NCBI RefSeq assembly: GCF_002571385.2
Contig: NW_019217817.1
Location: forward strand, 423,364-487,363
From: Stylophora pistillata
Lineage: Eukaryota
Length of the DNA: 64,000 nucleotides
Reading direction: 5' to 3'
In this document: positions 62,556 to 64,000 of the stretch, piece after piece
Layout: each line of letters begins with the position of its first letter
How positions within the stretch are numbered: the first letter of the stretch is position 1
Program-made: the position numbers and the translations under genes
Notes under the pieces: model-generated
Database searches by the model: none
Told to the model about the DNA's origin: nothing
Seen by the model: only the letters and a program-made list of their open reading frames with translations

Positions 62556-64000
62556 AGCTCAAGCAAGAAAAATAAACAATTTTCACGTTGAAATACACAA
62601 ATCAAATCTTAGAATAATCATATAGAATAAAACCAATTTATTACTAATAGACGATATCTAGCGTGTCATTTGACACAATGAGAAGAACCAATGGGAAAAT
62701 GTGAGAAATTTGGACTCATGAAAAATTGGTCACATAAAAATCGAATACATTTCTCATAACAGGTTCGCAAATAGAAATATTTTGATAACCCCTCATGGCC
62801 CAGTTTTCCTCTATTGTTCCATCATAATATTCTCTGTCAGTGTTATTGCATGTACCTGGTCATTGAATTTTTACGCGCCTCACGGCGCGCTCAATAATCG
62901 ATAATCTGGGCATCGAGTAAAAGTTACTTACTTCATTCTCCAGTCGTTGATGATCAGATTTCACATTACCCAAGTCACAGGAATGTTAAAAACCCCTTTC
63001 AATAAGGTTTCACATGTAAAACGGCGAATGATGCGGGAGAAACATGAACCGAGTCCGTCATGTGAGGGGTATCGATTGTGTGGGTGTGTTTTTCATACAA
63101 ACTAATGGCCAAAGCATTCAAAACAATAGCAATTGCTTGTGGCAAGGGAAACAAAAAAATTCGGATCCCACATAAAAACATCTTTGTTATGCCAGGAAAG
63201 TTTAATTTACGGGGGAGAACTACACTTTATTTTGTGCTTAAGAAAAAGAAAAGAGAACACTGAAAGACATTTTGGGATGTTTTAAGGAACTACCTTACGC
63301 CTAGTGAGTGGTCGAATCAGGATAAGTTTGTGAAAAATTTTAGTAAAGCCAAGAGTATTGATATGAAAACAGCCCAGAATTTCTATGTCTTTAGGCACGT
63401 AATCACATGTAGAATGTTAAAATGTGGTGATGGTAATTAAAAATTTGGGAATTTATTTCGTAATCAAGAAAAGAATAACTTGCATCTTTAAGATTCTCTG
63501 AAAGAATACAAATTATTTTTATCAAATATACATTTTTCTTATCTGGATAGGCAGAAATTTGAGTTAAATGACAACAGTAATTTGGTTTCAAGTCTGTTGT
63601 TCCTGTAGTCCAGTGCCGTCCACTTCAAAATTTCCTCTAAGGGATCAGCTTTGATACCTAATTGGTCAATTTTTACCTAAAGAGCCCGCGATTTCCCGCC
63701 AAAACCGCACGCGTCAGTATAGCGTAACGACGACGGTGAAACCTGGACGAAAGTAAAATTTTTTTCCCTCTTTGAAAATTTACATTTTCTGATTCAGCAT
63801 TATGCAAGGAAGTATTTCAGGAAATAGAAACATCAGCGCCCAACGTTAATGTTAATTTCAGTTTTTAGAGGTCATTGGAGAAGTACTAAGTGCCTGCGCA
63901 ACTTAAACACTTCAAATCATCAGCTAACGGATGTTTACATCACGGACTAATTTAGTCTTGCATGATCGTAATGTTGGCTTAAATTGTGATTAATATTGTT

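Overview
AT-rich eukaryotic genomic DNA with GT-AG introns and two assembly gaps. The repeat families and a minicollagen-type Cys-rich domain suggest an anthozoan cnidarian, probably a stony coral (inference). Six protein-coding genes were reconstructed by hand from splice sites and reading-frame phase: (1) the 5' part of a rhodopsin-class peptide GPCR (-, runs off the window start); (2) a 12-exon secreted protein with four tandem LamG/ConA-like jelly-roll domains (+, about 919 aa); (3) AEBP2/jing (-, 5 exons, about 361 aa), head-to-head with (4) ZC3H10 (+); (5) a 17-exon BCAP/PIK3AP1-like adaptor with DBB, ankyrin and YxxM regions but no TIR domain (+, about 736 aa); (6) an unusual protein with a long Ala/Lys-rich tract, a SEA domain, Pro-rich linkers and a minicollagen-like Cys-rich domain (-, 5' end uncertain). 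Introns and spacers hold tRNA-derived SINEs (two with target-site duplications), a decayed L2-type LINE 3' end, many MITE-like elements, minisatellites and a Penelope-type minimal hammerhead ribozyme motif. The most interesting items are gene 6 (candidate elastin-like cnidocyst or matrix protein), the four-LamG protein with an ABAB history and His-rich loops, the hammerhead masked by its own antisense arm, and an identical CArG box in two neighbouring promoters. No database searches were run; homology calls come from recognised motifs.
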